In this document: one piece after another, positions 51,944 through 52,875 of the stretch | How positions within the stretch are numbered: position 1 is the first letter of the stretch | Layout of the letters: each line of letters begins with the position of its first letter | Source of the DNA: an uncultured Clostridia bacterium | GTDB lineage: Bacteria > Bacillota > Clostridia > Oscillospirales > CAG-272 | Length of the DNA: 52,875 nt | Assembly: GCA_944381095.1 (NCBI GenBank) | Contig: CALWJW010000003.1 | Location: forward strand, 1-52,875 | Direction: 5' to 3' | The notes under the pieces: model-generated | What the model saw: the letters and a program-made list of their open reading frames with translations, nothing else | Told to the model about the DNA's origin: nothing | Databases searched by the model: none | Made by a program: the position numbers and the translations under genes

Positions 51944-51972
51944 AAAAACCGGTAATTTTTTTACCGGTTTTT
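51944..51972. terminator. Bidirectional terminator-like inverted repeat
   Basis: AAAAACCGGTAA-N5-TTACCGGTTTTT between convergent genes. Confidence 0.6.
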
Positions 51973-52091
51973 GCTTTTCATTGTTTAACGTAATTGTCTG
52001 AACAAAATTTTTTTGTTTGATAACAGATCGGCTCACACATATTTAAACTGCGTATGTGGAATTGATCGGAGATGCGTTGCCGTTTCGTTTT

Positions 52092-52875
52092 TCAAAAGGT
52101 GATTTTCAGGCAGTTTGTGTATTCTGTCGGCAATTTTTCCGGAAGTCTGACAGTAAGAACTCCGAAGCTTTGCCGGAACGGAAGTCTATCTCCGCCGAGA
52201 AGCTGCACATCCTTTACTTGTTCGTTTTCGGTAAGTGATTTTATCACTGCCACTCTGCTTTCCGGCGCTCTCATCATGAAAGCGTAAAGGTTATTTCCTT
52301 TTGTCGTGAATCTGTAATCCGAGCTGTTCCACTCAACTGCGTTTTCCTTGAAGCCGTCAATAAGCACCCGGCTGTCTCCCTCTCCGAACACACGGAACGG
52401 GCGTGTGCCGTATATTCCTTCAGACGCGACTTTATTCCATTTTGCTATTTCTTCAAGTGTGTAGATCGCCCACTCGTCTATACTTCCGTCAGGTTTCTGA
52501 AGAATGTTGAGAAGCATAGTTCCGTTTTTGGAAACGATATCTATCAGCATTTCAATTATGTGTCCGGGTTTTTTGTAATCCTGTCTGACATCGTAAAACC
52601 AGTTTCCGATACAAGTGTCAGTCTGCCACGGATTTTCCTGTATGCCCGGCAACTGACTTTTTTCTATGTCAAGAACTCCTACCTTGTATATTTTTGCGTC
52701 GCGGTTTTTCTGCGTATATACCGCACGGTTTTCTCCGTATTTCTCAACTGATGTATTGTACAGGCGCGCAACGGCTTCCAACCCAACTCCGTAAAACTCT
52801 CCTCCGAACGGAAGTTCGCTGTCAGAGTACAAAAGGTCGGGCTTGAACTTGTCAATCATTTCGTTTACAGCCCTT
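52092..52875 (-). CDS. Alpha-L-fucosidase-like GH29, C-terminal part (5' end outside window)
   Basis: PDLLYSD nucleophile region, WQTDTCIGNWFY, DIVSKNGTMLLNI, EGIYGTRP, DYRFT. Confidence 0.85.
   Translation of the reverse strand, partial: RAVNEMIDKFKPDLLYSDSELPFGGEFYGVGLEAVARLYNTSVEKYGENRAVYTQKNRDAKIYKVGVLDIEKSQLPGIQENPWQTDTCIGNWFYDVRQDYKKPGHIIEMLIDIVSKNGTMLLNILQKPDGSIDEWAIYTLEEIAKWNKVASEGIYGTRPFRVFGEGDSRVLIDGFKENAVEWNSSDYRFTTKGNNLYAFMMRAPESRVAVIKSLTENEQVKDVQLLGGDRLPFRQSFGVLTVRLPEKLPTEYTNCLKITF

Overview
Chromosomal window from an anaerobic Bacillota (Clostridia-like) bacterium, inferred from gene content, a CIRCE element, sigmaA-type promoters and GGAGG-type ribosome-binding sites. It holds about 41 protein genes: an aspS-gatC fusion plus gatA-gatB, several hydrolases, upp-rluA, an acyl-CoA dehydratase activase pair, an orphan GyrB/ParE-family gene, an isolated ftsZ, an ArsR/HMA/P1B-ATPase metal operon, groES-groEL, a complete pstSCAB-phoU-phoB-phoR operon, an LRR/UPF0158 gene pair, purA, an ECF sigma/anti-sigma/radical SAM cluster, a P2A ATPase, and a carbohydrate region (GH2, FAD oxidoreductase, two AraC regulators, ADP-ribosylglycohydrolase, partial GH29). 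I saw no rRNA, tRNA, CRISPR array, transposase or phage genes. The most notable observations are: (1) AspRS covalently fused to GatC, a possible hard-wired transamidosome; (2) an otherwise intact upp with a single in-frame TAG; (3) two identical 181-bp rod-like palindromic MITE-like elements with a 177-bp net length and an open frame; (4) several unrelated degenerate 75-85 bp tandem duplications in intergenic DNA. All calls come from motif recognition by eye; no searches were run.
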